Source: a virus
Lineage: Duplodnaviria > Caudoviricetes
Length of the DNA: 61,562 bases
IMG/VR virus record: IMGVR_UViG_3300008119_000566
Span: 1-61,562 of that record
Reading direction: 5' to 3' (one strand)
In this document: positions 18,452 to 27,744 of the stretch, piece after piece
Position numbering within the stretch: position 1 is the stretch's first letter
Layout of the letters: each line of letters opens with the position of its first letter
Notes under the pieces: generated by a model
The model's input: only the letters and a program-made list of their open reading frames with translations
Database searches by the model: none
What the model was told of the DNA's origin: nothing
Made by a program: the position numbers and the translations under genes

Positions 18452-18763
18452 TTATTTGAAAAATATCAATGCTAGTAAAACTGCTTGAAGTATAAAACCA
18501 ATTCCAATTGTTGCTACATTAAGCATGTCTCGGGCAATAATTGCTCTTGCAAATAGTAGGGTTAGACCTCCCCAAATTAACAAAATAATATCAATCCCAG
18601 GTAACTTATCAGTTAGTCCCATACCAACTGCTAAAAAAGTTGGAATGGTTGAACAATGTAACACAATGTTTGCTAACCAACCTAATGTTTCTGTTGAAAC
18701 TGAATGAGCCTTCTCTTGAATAAGGCCAATCAATTTATTTGCCAATTGCTTAATTTCTTCCAT
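18452..18763 (-). CDS. Membrane protein (about 3 TM)
   Basis: Hydrophobic helices; coupled to the SleB-like gene. Confidence 0.65.
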   Translation of the reverse strand: MEEIKQLANKLIGLIQEKAHSVSTETLGWLANIVLHCSTIPTFLAVGMGLTDKLPGIDIILLIWGGLTLLFARAIIARDMLNVATIGIGFILQAVLLALIFFK

Positions 18764-19307
18764 GTTTTGGATCCCTGTAAAAAATGTGTCTTCCAATTTT
18801 GCCAATTTTTTCCTTGCCCCATTGTGGGTTCACGTAATCAGCATGATAATACAATGCATCCTTCATTACGTCAAGTCTAAAATTTTCCAATAATACCTTC
18901 TTAGCCACTTTGTATGACTCGTCATACATTGCAGTGCTTCGGATTGGAGGTTTTCCGCCGTTTTGGCAATACCAGCTAAACTGGCAAACTACCCTTTCCA
19001 TAAACACATTTTTTTGGTAAACAACTGCGCAGACATCGCTGGGAAATTTTCCTGATTCTGCTCGATTCATTGTTACCTGTGCCACTGCCACTTTGCCCTC
19101 AAACGGCTCGCTTGCCGCTTCGTGGTAAATGTTTTTGGCTAAGCAGTCCAGTTGTCTTTCTCTGTCTCTGATTGAGACTACATCTGCTGATGCGACAAAC
19201 TGCGCTTCTTTTAATCTATCTATTTTGGCTATTGTGATTTCGGATACCGCAGTACCTACAAATACAATACCAAAAACTAAGGCTATAAGCCTAATTGCTT
19301 TTTCCAT
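18750..19307 (-). CDS. Cell wall hydrolase, SleB/Hydrolase_2 family
   Basis: CLAKNIYHEA, VAVAQVTMNR, QFSW, YYHADYVNPQW, IGRHIFY. Confidence 0.9.
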   Translation of the reverse strand: MEKAIRLIALVFGIVFVGTAVSEITIAKIDRLKEAQFVASADVVSIRDRERQLDCLAKNIYHEAASEPFEGKVAVAQVTMNRAESGKFPSDVCAVVYQKNVFMERVVCQFSWYCQNGGKPPIRSTAMYDESYKVAKKVLLENFRLDVMKDALYYHADYVNPQWGKEKIGKIGRHIFYRDPKHGRN

Positions 19308-19324
19308 TTCATGTCTCCTTTGAC

Positions 19325-19578
19325 TTGGTGTAGTTCAAAATTCAAACTACATTACATAAAGGGAGATGACTAACTACTTGGTCTCAAACCCAAAGCAGAT
19401 TCTGTCTTCTCCATTAGCAACACTTGTTTATAGTTGGCTCATAACTCAACATCAACTGTTACCTTTGGCAAGCCTGGCATCCCGATCTTCGGGTTTCTAA
19501 TTGGCCAAGACTCGCGGAACCGTTTCAGCTTGTGACATACTTTGGTTCTACTATCTTAGTTTCTTTCGAAACGATAAA
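19325..19578 (-). ncRNA. Candidate structured RNA / long 5' leader of the cell wall hydrolase
   Basis: ORF-free ~250 nt with hairpins GTTTC-GAAA-GAAAC, CCCGA-AGA-TCGGG, AGTTG..CAACT, TGTAGTTTGAA/TTGAACTACA. Confidence 0.4.
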
Positions 19579-19620
19579 ATATATAGCTTCTTTTCGTTGA
19601 TATTGGGTTAAAACGGGCCA

Positions 19621-20016
19621 TTATCGACGCATTCTAGATATATCTACTGCTTCTTCATCACTAAACACAGGAACAGCGTTGCTCTTGTGCATTGTAGCAA
19701 TACCTTTTACTTTGGTTCCAGTGTACACCTTAGCTGGTTTGAGTGTGGCATTACCACCTGTGTCCACACTTTTGATGTGTGCAGTGGTATTCCTACCTTC
19801 TGGAATTTTCAAACTGTAACTGCTGCTCAAACTAGGAGCAGATAACGCTCGTGTACGTTTTCTATCATCGGCCTCAATTCCCCATTTCTTTTGGAGAGCT
19901 TTCCAATCCGCATCTGCTTGTTCGGCTTTGCGTTTGTGTTCAGCACTGGGCCACTTGTGTTTGCCTTTTGGTTTACCAGTGAGGCTTAAACTGGGATGAT
20001 GTAAGTGCATTGTCAT
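19621..20016 (-). CDS. Conserved-type phage hypothetical protein
   Basis: C-terminal GIATMHKSNAVPVF...ISRMRR; own sigma70 promoter (20023-20051). Confidence 0.7.
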   Translation of the reverse strand: MTMHLHHPSLSLTGKPKGKHKWPSAEHKRKAEQADADWKALQKKWGIEADDRKRTRALSAPSLSSSYSLKIPEGRNTTAHIKSVDTGGNATLKPAKVYTGTKVKGIATMHKSNAVPVFSDEEAVDISRMRR

Positions 20017-20077
20017 AGAACAATTATACTACAAGTGTTGGGCAAAGTCAAGCCCAACACTTACCAAAATCATTCTA

Positions 20078-20281
20078 TTATTTTGCTTCTTTTGCTTCGG
20101 AACGTGCATTCTTAACTGCGGTAACATCGTTACGAGTTTCTTTGCACAATTTGGCTAAGTCTTGACAATGTTTACGAACACGGGTGCCGGCAGCGCCAAC
20201 TTCCTTGTCATAAAACTTTTCGAAGTCTGCTTCCATTGCCTCTACGATTTTGGTAAATTCTGCATGTTTATTTACTGACAT
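20078..20281 (-). CDS. Histone H1-like (Hc1-type) small nucleoid protein
   Basis: DFEKFYDK...AAGTRVRK..QDLAKL.KE.R. Confidence 0.65.
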   Translation of the reverse strand: MSVNKHAEFTKIVEAMEADFEKFYDKEVGAAGTRVRKHCQDLAKLCKETRNDVTAVKNARSEAKEAK

Positions 20282-20306
20282 AATAGTCTCCTTGTTTTAT
20301 AGTTAG

Positions 20307-20474
20307 CTACCAGTGTCGAATAACACTGGCAATAATGAAGCAGTTTGTAATGATATATGTTAGAACAACAATCGTCCTAACTATAGCAACATGGTCTGCT
20401 TCTTGAACTGTTGCTCCAGCTTTTTCACCTAAGGCCCTAGCCCAAATTTTCCAAAACTTTCGAAACACTTTCAT
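20307..20474 (-). CDS. Small membrane protein (55 aa)
   Basis: Read manually: WKIWARALGEKAG...EAD.VA.VRT...NCFIIASVIRHW. Confidence 0.65.
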   Translation of the reverse strand: MKVFRKFWKIWARALGEKAGATVQEADHVAIVRTIVVLTYIITNCFIIASVIRHW

Positions 20475-20505
20475 TCTTTAATTTTATATTATTTTTTGGC
20501 AAATG

Positions 20506-20811
20506 TCAACCTGCAAACACGTTTGACGATCCGCTTGAAATAGTTGCACCACAACCGTACGCATCTCCCAGTCTACCTATTGCTTTATTATTCACAAATA
20601 CCGTTGAGGAAAAGGATGAAAGTCCAGGAGAATGACTTGGACAGGCTGGCGGCGCAAAGGTGTGGCTCTGCACTTGATCTGCTTGCCTTACTGCCCCAAT
20701 GTTGTTTACTAATACATCGTCAGATCCTGCGTCAGTGGTAGTAGACCCTTGACATGTAGGATGATTTATAGATACTTGATCATTTCCGTTTTTCCTTGCG
20801 ACTGCGGGCAT
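20506..20811 (-). CDS. PAAR-repeat tail spike tip protein (gp5.4-like)
   Basis: MPAVAR, GS..V.VN, IGRLGDAYGCG..I..GSSNVFAG. Confidence 0.88.
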   Translation of the reverse strand: MPAVARKNGNDQVSINHPTCQGSTTTDAGSDDVLVNNIGAVRQADQVQSHTFAPPACPSHSPGLSSFSSTVFVNNKAIGRLGDAYGCGATISSGSSNVFAG

Positions 20812-20822
20812 AATTTTTCTCC

Positions 20823-21113
20823 TTAGGCCATTGCAATACCAGTAGTTCCTTGCATGTACTGATCAGCAAACTCTTTATCGGATGCTGCTACCACTGCAAC
20901 TGCTGTTTTACTTAATTTAATATCTTTTTCTGGACTTACAGTAAACAAGTAAGGCATTAGTGCTGGACCTTTTGGGCTCATACCAATAACCGAAGGCTTG
21001 GATAACTTGTAAAAGTCGTTGCCTTCTTCTACCAATCTTGCTACTAGTTCTTCTCCGCTTGTTAGTTTTAAGGTGATCACTTCACCTGCTGTTACGCCTC
21101 GGTCAATTAACAT
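20823..21113 (-). CDS. Hypothetical protein, Sm-like fold possible
   Basis: VITLKLTSGEELVARL. Confidence 0.6.
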   Translation of the reverse strand: MLIDRGVTAGEVITLKLTSGEELVARLVEEGNDFYKLSKPSVIGMSPKGPALMPYLFTVSPEKDIKLSKTAVAVVAASDKEFADQYMQGTTGIAMA

Positions 21114-21114
21114 A

Positions 21115-21358
21115 TTATCCTTTCAGTGTGTTAAAAAATTCTTCGTCTTTACCTGCTAGGCCTTGAAAGCCCCCCAGGAAGGAGAACGCCATCCTTAAAA
21201 ATTTGTGGAACACTACGCAACCCTTGCTCCATAAGGAACTCTCGTGCGCCGGCGTTCTCTTCCATTTTAATTACTGTAAATGGAATATCTTTGCTTTCCA
21301 ATAATGCCTTTGCTCTATCGCAAAATGGACAATTATTTTTACTGTAAACTGTGATCAT
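21115..21358 (-). CDS. Glutaredoxin (apparent +1 G frameshift near C-terminus)
   Basis: CPFC, RSVPQIF; removing one G from a G6 run restores GGFQGL...LKG-stop. Confidence 0.88.
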
Positions 21359-21367
21359 GTTTCTCTC

Positions 21368-22468
21368 TTATAATGCTGGTAATGAATCGTAATCAAGTGC
21401 TTCGCTCATTACGCCAATAACGTAATTAGTACTTTCACTTTCTTGTAATGCTGTTTGTTTCTTGCTTGTGTCCACGTGCTTGTTGAACCAAGGAATAGGA
21501 GTTGACTTTGGTGCTGGGTTGTTATACTTGATGCCAATCTCTTTCAGTGCTCCAACTGCTGTAAAATCCACAAAGTCACGTAGGATGTTGGCATTAAGAC
21601 CAATCACTGGTCCCATTTTAAACAAATAAGTGGCCCATTCTTTTTCTTCACGAATCACATCCATGTACAAACTATATACTTCTTGTTCACATTCTGATTT
21701 AGCTTCAGCAAATCTTGTGTCTTCTTTGACCACTTGATTAATCAAGTAAGCTGTCCAGCCTTTGTGTAGCAGTTCGTCTTGTAGAATCAATGAGATAATG
21801 TTGCCATTGCCAATAAAGATCTTGTTCTCTACCATAGCCAAACTGGTAGCAAACGATACCATAAAGCGGAAAGCTTCTAATGCGTAACTAGCATGTAATG
21901 CCATCCATATCGCTTTAATGTATTCTTTTTCTGGAATAGTTTCACCCAATTGTTTGCGACAGTTGATAACATGTAGTGCTTCATAGTAGTTACCTACACT
22001 GGAGGCCATGTCAACAATTTCTTTAGTGTCGTGGATGGTGTTGAATACATCCTTTGGTACATTATAAATGTTACGAATAATATGGCTGTAGCTCTTACTG
22101 TGAATGTTTGTTTCAAAGAATGTCCAGTTGTATACTAGTGCTTCTAGTTCAGGCAAGCTGATCACTGGCATAAAAATTTGACTTGGTCCACGGCCTTGCA
22201 AACTATCTAGTGCTGTTTGACGTAACAAGTTACTGGTGAAGATATGTTTAATAGCATCGCTGGCATCCTTAAAATCATTACTGTCTTTGCTTAAACTAAT
22301 TTCTTCTGGTTGCCAAAAGAAGCCACGTGCTGTTGCTTCAAAGTCTGCAATCTTTTTGTATTTGACTTCTTCGAATCTCTGTATGGTTACTGGACCTGCT
22401 GGGTCCAAAAACATCTTGCGATTCAAATAGTCTGTCTTGGTGTTTAGGTTATATTGTTGTTTTGACAT
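21368..22468 (-). CDS. nrdB: Ribonucleotide reductase class Ia beta subunit
   Basis: FFWQPEEI, ETNIHSKSY, LEAFRF.VSFA, DELLH. Confidence 0.95.
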   Translation of the reverse strand: MSKQQYNLNTKTDYLNRKMFLDPAGPVTIQRFEEVKYKKIADFEATARGFFWQPEEISLSKDSNDFKDASDAIKHIFTSNLLRQTALDSLQGRGPSQIFMPVISLPELEALVYNWTFFETNIHSKSYSHIIRNIYNVPKDVFNTIHDTKEIVDMASSVGNYYEALHVINCRKQLGETIPEKEYIKAIWMALHASYALEAFRFMVSFATSLAMVENKIFIGNGNIISLILQDELLHKGWTAYLINQVVKEDTRFAEAKSECEQEVYSLYMDVIREEKEWATYLFKMGPVIGLNANILRDFVDFTAVGALKEIGIKYNNPAPKSTPIPWFNKHVDTSKKQTALQESESTNYVIGVMSEALDYDSLPAL

Positions 22469-22482
22469 TTTATTTTGTTCTT

Positions 22483-23325
22483 TTAGTTAATTTGTATTCC
22501 AGCTAACACCCATCCGCCAGCAGATTTTGATTTGGTCATGTTCCAAACTTCTGTAAATGCTTCGGCTTCTGCACCTACTGTATCTTGTATTGAGCCAGTA
22601 AATTCTACACTGGCTATGTAATTGGCATCAGTTTCTTCTATGCCCAACAGTTTTGCTGACAATGATATCACTGCTGTTCTATACTCTTGGGTGTTATCTC
22701 GATCCGCTAATTGCTGTTGTATCTCTTTCAACATGTCATCAGTCATCATGTTGCTGAGAGTAGCTGTGTCAGCACGATCCCATGCGCCTTGCAATAAAAC
22801 AAAGTGTTGTTTGGCAGCTGACTCAAAGCCTGCCACATCAAACCCTGCAGGAATTGTCCATGTGGCGTTTGTGGCCAATGCCGATCCAATCATTGAACCT
22901 CCTTGGAATCTTGTGGGTTGGTTGACTTCCGGGATGGCCTGTGGACCTTGATAAGCCAGGTTGGGTGAATTAGCCATCACACGCTTGCGCATGAACCAAC
23001 CTATTGCCCCTAATACTATAGCGCCAATCAACAAGACCATTAAGATATTACCAAACGCTTCTCCCAATCCTAAACTACTGGCCAACCATGCTAGACCTAA
23101 TCCTGCTGCCAATCCACCCAACATGGCGCCCCATGGGCGACTTGGTGCGGGTGCTGGTGTAGCCTGTGGCGGTGCGGCTTGTGCTGGCGGTGTTGCCTGT
23201 TTCTTGCTCACATTGGAACTTTGTTGTCCCACGCTTTTTCCGCCACCCATGCGTTTACTGGCTTCTGCACTCACACTGGCAAAAGCCAAGACGCTTACTA
23301 ATAAAATTGCAAATAATTTTTTCAT
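22483..23325 (-). CDS. Tim44-like domain membrane protein
   Basis: KRMGGGKSVG, GGLAAGLGLAWL, F..LQGAWD, FTEVWNM..W.LAGIQ. Confidence 0.85.
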   Translation of the reverse strand: MKKLFAILLVSVLAFASVSAEASKRMGGGKSVGQQSSNVSKKQATPPAQAAPPQATPAPAPSRPWGAMLGGLAAGLGLAWLASSLGLGEAFGNILMVLLIGAIVLGAIGWFMRKRVMANSPNLAYQGPQAIPEVNQPTRFQGGSMIGSALATNATWTIPAGFDVAGFESAAKQHFVLLQGAWDRADTATLSNMMTDDMLKEIQQQLADRDNTQEYRTAVISLSAKLLGIEETDANYIASVEFTGSIQDTVGAEAEAFTEVWNMTKSKSAGGWVLAGIQIN

Positions 23326-23333
23326 ATTATCTC

Positions 23334-23990
23334 CTAGTATTTTCCTGATGCAAGCACTATCTTGCAAATGTGTTCTAATCTTTCTATATGCTCATATGCA
23401 CGCCAAGGACTTGTATCGATAGCCACAACACCGTGTCCTTTAATTCCCACAATGTCATAAGCAATGTTGCCGTCTCGATCTAATTGTAACATTGTATGGC
23501 ACTGGTCTGCAAGTTCTTGACTGATGGGTGCCACATCGCCTACATTGGGTGCTACGCGAGTATAACGGTTAAGTTCTGGAAACGCATTACTGATGGTACT
23601 TAAATCAATTCCGGCATGCATGGCAGCAATACAGTAAGTGGGATGAACGTGTACTACTACTCGAACATCATTACTGTGTTGCCCCATTTCACGTTGTAGA
23701 CCAAAGTGTAACGGAAGTTCTCCACTAGGCTTTAATTTAGCACTGATATCTGAATAAGGAAGATCGCGCCAGTTATAATTAAAAGATGCAGTACCGCTAC
23801 CACTGTGAATAGTTCTATCAATGCTGATCTTCTTAAACTGATCAGGTTGAAGTGTTTGTTTACGCACACCACTAGGTGTAATATAGAAGTGGTCACGGTC
23901 ATGATGACGTATTGACACGTTACCATCTCGACTGGTAATCCAATTGCGTTTGTACGCATCTAACATCACATCACATATTGTTTCTAACAT
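23334..23990 (-). CDS. Class II aldolase/adducin family protein
   Basis: DGNVS, ITPSG, PSGELPLH, VHVHP, GHGV. Confidence 0.88.
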   Translation of the reverse strand: MLETICDVMLDAYKRNWITSRDGNVSIRHHDRDHFYITPSGVRKQTLQPDQFKKISIDRTIHSGSGTASFNYNWRDLPYSDISAKLKPSGELPLHFGLQREMGQHSNDVRVVVHVHPTYCIAAMHAGIDLSTISNAFPELNRYTRVAPNVGDVAPISQELADQCHTMLQLDRDGNIAYDIVGIKGHGVVAIDTSPWRAYEHIERLEHICKIVLASGKY

Positions 23991-23994
23991 TATT

Positions 23995-24321
23995 TTATAC
24001 TCTAAAACTTTCGCCACATCCACAACGATCACGTTCATTGGGATTGATAAAATCAAATCCCTCATTGAGCCCGTTACGCACCCAATCCATTGTTAAACCA
24101 TTTAGATAAGCTAGGCTTTTTGCATCCACTAGCACAACAAAGTCTTTTTGGGCAAAATTAGTTACACCCACTTCGGCTATGTATTCGTCCACATATTCTA
24201 TAGTGTATGCCAGACCACTGCAACCTGTGGTTCTTACACCTATACGAATACCCACGCCTTTACCGCGCTTGTCCAAATTTTGTTTGATGCGTTTACTTGC
24301 TGTGTCGGTTACGATAATCAT
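23995..24321 (-). CDS. iscA: Fe-S cluster carrier IscA
   Basis: GCSGLAY, FDFINPN, CGCGESF. Confidence 0.95.
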   Translation of the reverse strand: MIIVTDTASKRIKQNLDKRGKGVGIRIGVRTTGCSGLAYTIEYVDEYIAEVGVTNFAQKDFVVLVDAKSLAYLNGLTMDWVRNGLNEGFDFINPNERDRCGCGESFRV

Positions 24322-24679
24322 TTACGGCCGCTTTGATAGCATCTTCTGCTAATATACTACAATGTATCTTCACTGGTGGTAATGCTAGTTCTTCAGCAAT
24401 CTCAATGTTTTTAATTGCTCCAGCTTCGTCAAGTGTTTTGCCCTTGACCCACTCTGTAACAAGCGAACTGCTTGCAATTGCTGATCCGCACCCGTAAGTT
24501 TTGAATTTTGCATCAGTAATAAGACCTGTAACGTTATCAACCTTAATTTGTAACTTCATCACATCACCACAAGCCGGTGCACCAACCATGCCAGTGCCCA
24601 CTGTAGGATCATCTTTAGCAAAAGATCCCACATTGCGCGGATTTTCGTAATGATCAATTACTTTTTCAGAATATGCCAT
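24293..24679 (-). CDS. iscU: Fe-S scaffold IscU
   Basis: YSEKVIDHYENPRNVG, APACGDVM, GCGSAIASSS, LPPVKIHCS. Confidence 0.97.
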   Translation of the reverse strand: MAYSEKVIDHYENPRNVGSFAKDDPTVGTGMVGAPACGDVMKLQIKVDNVTGLITDAKFKTYGCGSAIASSSLVTEWVKGKTLDEAGAIKNIEIAEELALPPVKIHCSILAEDAIKAAVNDYRNRHSK

Positions 24680-25211
24680 TTATATGCTCCCAGTTCATAA
24701 TTTTCCATTGATTTTTTAAATAACTTTTTTTGTCTGCTTGGTAGTCCAATGCCCATGCATGTTCCCACCAGTCTACTAATACTACAATATCTTTTTTAAT
24801 TTCGTGATTCACAATGGTTTTAATCTTGCCATCCTTAGCCAGATAAACCCATCCGCTGCCTTGCACACCCATTGCCACTTTGAGAAACTCTTCCTTGAAT
24901 TTGACAAAAGTTTTATAGTGTGTTTCAATAAACTCAGCTATCTTGCCAGTTGGATCATTACTGTCACTTGGCTCTTGATACTGTTGGAATAAAATGTTAT
25001 GAAGAAATGCTCCAGCTTCATTAAAATTAGGATCCCCTTCGCCAGCATTGAAACGTTTGGCGTAAGTCTTAGCAAGATTTTCGTAATGATAATCTATTGT
25101 GGCTTTGGAGATGCTAGGGCTCAAATCATTCACACCGTAGGGCAAGGGTAGTATTTTTAAAGATACTGGTCTGCCTTCAGTAATAAATTGTCTGATAAAG
25201 TTATAGCTCAT
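24666..25211 (-). CDS. Fe/Mn superoxide dismutase, divergent
   Basis: LPY..L.P.IS..TIDYHY, LHN, GSGW, DWWEHAWALDY. Confidence 0.85.
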   Translation of the reverse strand: MSYNFIRQFITEGRPVSLKILPLPYGVNDLSPSISKATIDYHYENLAKTYAKRFNAGEGDPNFNEAGAFLHNILFQQYQEPSDSNDPTGKIAEFIETHYKTFVKFKEEFLKVAMGVQGSGWVYLAKDGKIKTIVNHEIKKDIVVLVDWWEHAWALDYQADKKSYLKNQWKIMNWEHINGIF

Positions 25212-27538
25212 AACTTACATGCCTCACAATCATCTTCCATATCTTCATAGTTATAGCCGTTAGTTTGCATTTCAGTAGGCGCTATCTCTGCTACTTGTTT
25301 GCTTCCAGCTTTGTTAATCAAGCTGTAGTAGAATGTTTTAATGCCCCATAACTGTGCTTGCATCAAGTTCTTAGCAATCAACGTAGTTGGTACTTTACGT
25401 TCTGGAAAGTGTGCTGGATTATAGAATGTATTGGTACTGATACTTTGATCAACATATGCGGCAATGACAGCACTTGTCTTCAAATAGCCTTCGCAATCTC
25501 GTTGTTCCCACATGAGTTGATATTTGTTCTTTAGTTTAGCATACTCAGGTACAACTTGTGTAAAGCTACCTGCTTTACTTTCCTTAGTACTGATAAGACT
25601 CATTGGCATCTCAATTCCGTTAGTGCTGTTTATAACCACGCTGGAACTTTCCACTGGTGCCACTGCCATTTGTGTAGCATTGCGAACACCGTGTTCTTTC
25701 ATTTGCACTCTTAAAGTTTCCCAATCCAGTTCTGGTGTAAAGTCTGCCAGTTCATTAGATCCGTTAGCACGTAGTTCCCAAGGAAATATTCCTTTGCCGT
25801 ATCGTGTTTGATCTGAACCTAAACACTTACCACGTTCTTTAGCCAACTCAACACTTGCTTCTGTTAAGTAGAATGCTTGATGTTCCATCCAAGATTTAAC
25901 TTCGCCCAATGCGTCCTTCTCACCATAGCGTAGACTACGCTTGGCGTGCCAGTAGGCTAAGTTTGTAATACCAATACCTAATGGCCTAATTTCATCATTG
26001 CTTAGTTTACTCTGTATTGATAAAAAGTCTTGATAATCCAAAATATTGTTAAGACTGCGATGTAGTATGCGACAAGCACGGCGCATGTCTTCAGGATTAC
26101 GGAATGCTCCCCAATTGATAGATCCCAGTGTACATAGCGCAATGCGCCCCTCTGCATCATCAAGACGTTTGAATGACTTGGTTGGTAATAGGATTTCACA
26201 ACATAGGTTGCTTTGATATATGGTATGGTACTCGGGATCAAATGGTCCTTGGCTCATTACATTGTCAATGAACACAAGATAGATACGTCCTGTGTCTGTA
26301 CGTTCTTTTAGTATTCCACTTTTAAATACTTCTTCAGCTGACATTGTCTTTGTACGTAGGCCTTTTTGCTTTTCATATTTGACATAGAGTTCTTCAAATA
26401 ATGTTGTGTTTGAATAGAATGCTTCGTACAAGTCGGGAACTTCGTTTGGGTCAAAGAATGTAATGTCTTCTTTATTCTTGAATCGTCTCCAGAAGAAGGC
26501 ACTAAGCACAACCCCATAATCCATATGACGGACTCGGGTTTCTTCTGTTCCTTGGTTGTTCTTAAGCACAATAAGATCATCAAACTGAAGATGCCAAATA
26601 GGATAGAATACAGTAGCACTAGCATTGCGGATACCTCCTTGTGAACATGATCGTAAATCTCCAAACCATTTCTTCAAGAATGGTATCATACCTGTGTGCA
26701 TAATCTCACCACCTCTGATGGGACTGCCCAGTGGACGTAGTCGTCCAATTTCTAAACCAATGCCTGCTCGCTTGCTGGCATACTTGGCCATCATCTCACC
26801 AGAAGCAAATATGCTATCCAGATCGTCGTCACTGCGGATAAGCACACAACTAGAAAACTGTTTAGTAGGAGTGCCAAGACCAGCCAGCACAGGTGTAGCA
26901 AGAGTAAACAAACCATCGGATGCCGCATTATAATATTCTTTAATGTAACGCATTCTTGCGCTATTCGGCTCCTCTTTATGGAACACAGTCGCTGCTGCCA
27001 CCATATATCTAATTTGTGGAGTTTCATAAATTTCCTTTGTCGCACGATTGCGTACCAAATATTTTTCTATTAATTGTTCAATAGCGGCATAGGAATAGTC
27101 TTCATCTTTCTCATGCTCCAGCATGTCGTTCATTTTATTCCAATCATCTTCACTGTACCATGTCAATAGTTCTGGAGTATATAAACCAACTGCTATATTC
27201 TTTTTTACTATTTCAAATAGATGAGGCGGAGTATAATCTCCGTATACATCTTTACGCAACATTGATAGTCGTTGTTTGCCAGCAACGTACTGATAATTGA
27301 CATGTCCAACATCTGGATTGGATTCAACGTCAATTAAATCTACGATAGCACGTAGGGTAATTTCGTCAACTTCTTTCGTAGTGATACAATCATAGAAGTG
27401 AGGTTGCGCTTTGATTTCAATCATACTTTGACTGACATCTGCAATCCCGCTACATACTTTTGCTACTTGAGTCTGCCATTTCTCCAGTGTGAGTTCTTCT
27501 TTGGCGCCACTTCTTTTTATTACTGTAATCTTATTCAT
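25208..27538 (-). CDS. nrdA: Ribonucleotide reductase class Ia alpha subunit with ATP cone
   Basis: VIKRSG, QFSSCVL, QSNLCCEI, GIKTFYY, C-terminal CEACKL. Confidence 0.96.
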   Translation of the reverse strand: MNKITVIKRSGAKEELTLEKWQTQVAKVCSGIADVSQSMIEIKAQPHFYDCITTKEVDEITLRAIVDLIDVESNPDVGHVNYQYVAGKQRLSMLRKDVYGDYTPPHLFEIVKKNIAVGLYTPELLTWYSEDDWNKMNDMLEHEKDEDYSYAAIEQLIEKYLVRNRATKEIYETPQIRYMVAAATVFHKEEPNSARMRYIKEYYNAASDGLFTLATPVLAGLGTPTKQFSSCVLIRSDDDLDSIFASGEMMAKYASKRAGIGLEIGRLRPLGSPIRGGEIMHTGMIPFLKKWFGDLRSCSQGGIRNASATVFYPIWHLQFDDLIVLKNNQGTEETRVRHMDYGVVLSAFFWRRFKNKEDITFFDPNEVPDLYEAFYSNTTLFEELYVKYEKQKGLRTKTMSAEEVFKSGILKERTDTGRIYLVFIDNVMSQGPFDPEYHTIYQSNLCCEILLPTKSFKRLDDAEGRIALCTLGSINWGAFRNPEDMRRACRILHRSLNNILDYQDFLSIQSKLSNDEIRPLGIGITNLAYWHAKRSLRYGEKDALGEVKSWMEHQAFYLTEASVELAKERGKCLGSDQTRYGKGIFPWELRANGSNELADFTPELDWETLRVQMKEHGVRNATQMAVAPVESSSVVINSTNGIEMPMSLISTKESKAGSFTQVVPEYAKLKNKYQLMWEQRDCEGYLKTSAVIAAYVDQSISTNTFYNPAHFPERKVPTTLIAKNLMQAQLWGIKTFYYSLINKAGSKQVAEIAPTEMQTNGYNYEDMEDDCEACKL

Positions 27539-27744
27539 ATCTCTTTTCTACTCGTTGTATAGTATAATTAACTCTTCACTGTTCGTTTAGACAGTATTTA
27601 TTGACAGGCGCTTATGCACTAAAAATTGTTGATTCACAACAATTTAGCGCGGTTAGCTTTTGATCTTTTGGAGGTGGTTTACCATATCATCACAACAATG
27701 TTAATAATATACTGTTTTAACTGTGATGTCAAGTACCTTGAGCA

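Noticed and set aside
21368-27538. Introns or inteins in nrdA/nrdB
   Set aside because: Both are continuous ORFs of normal length
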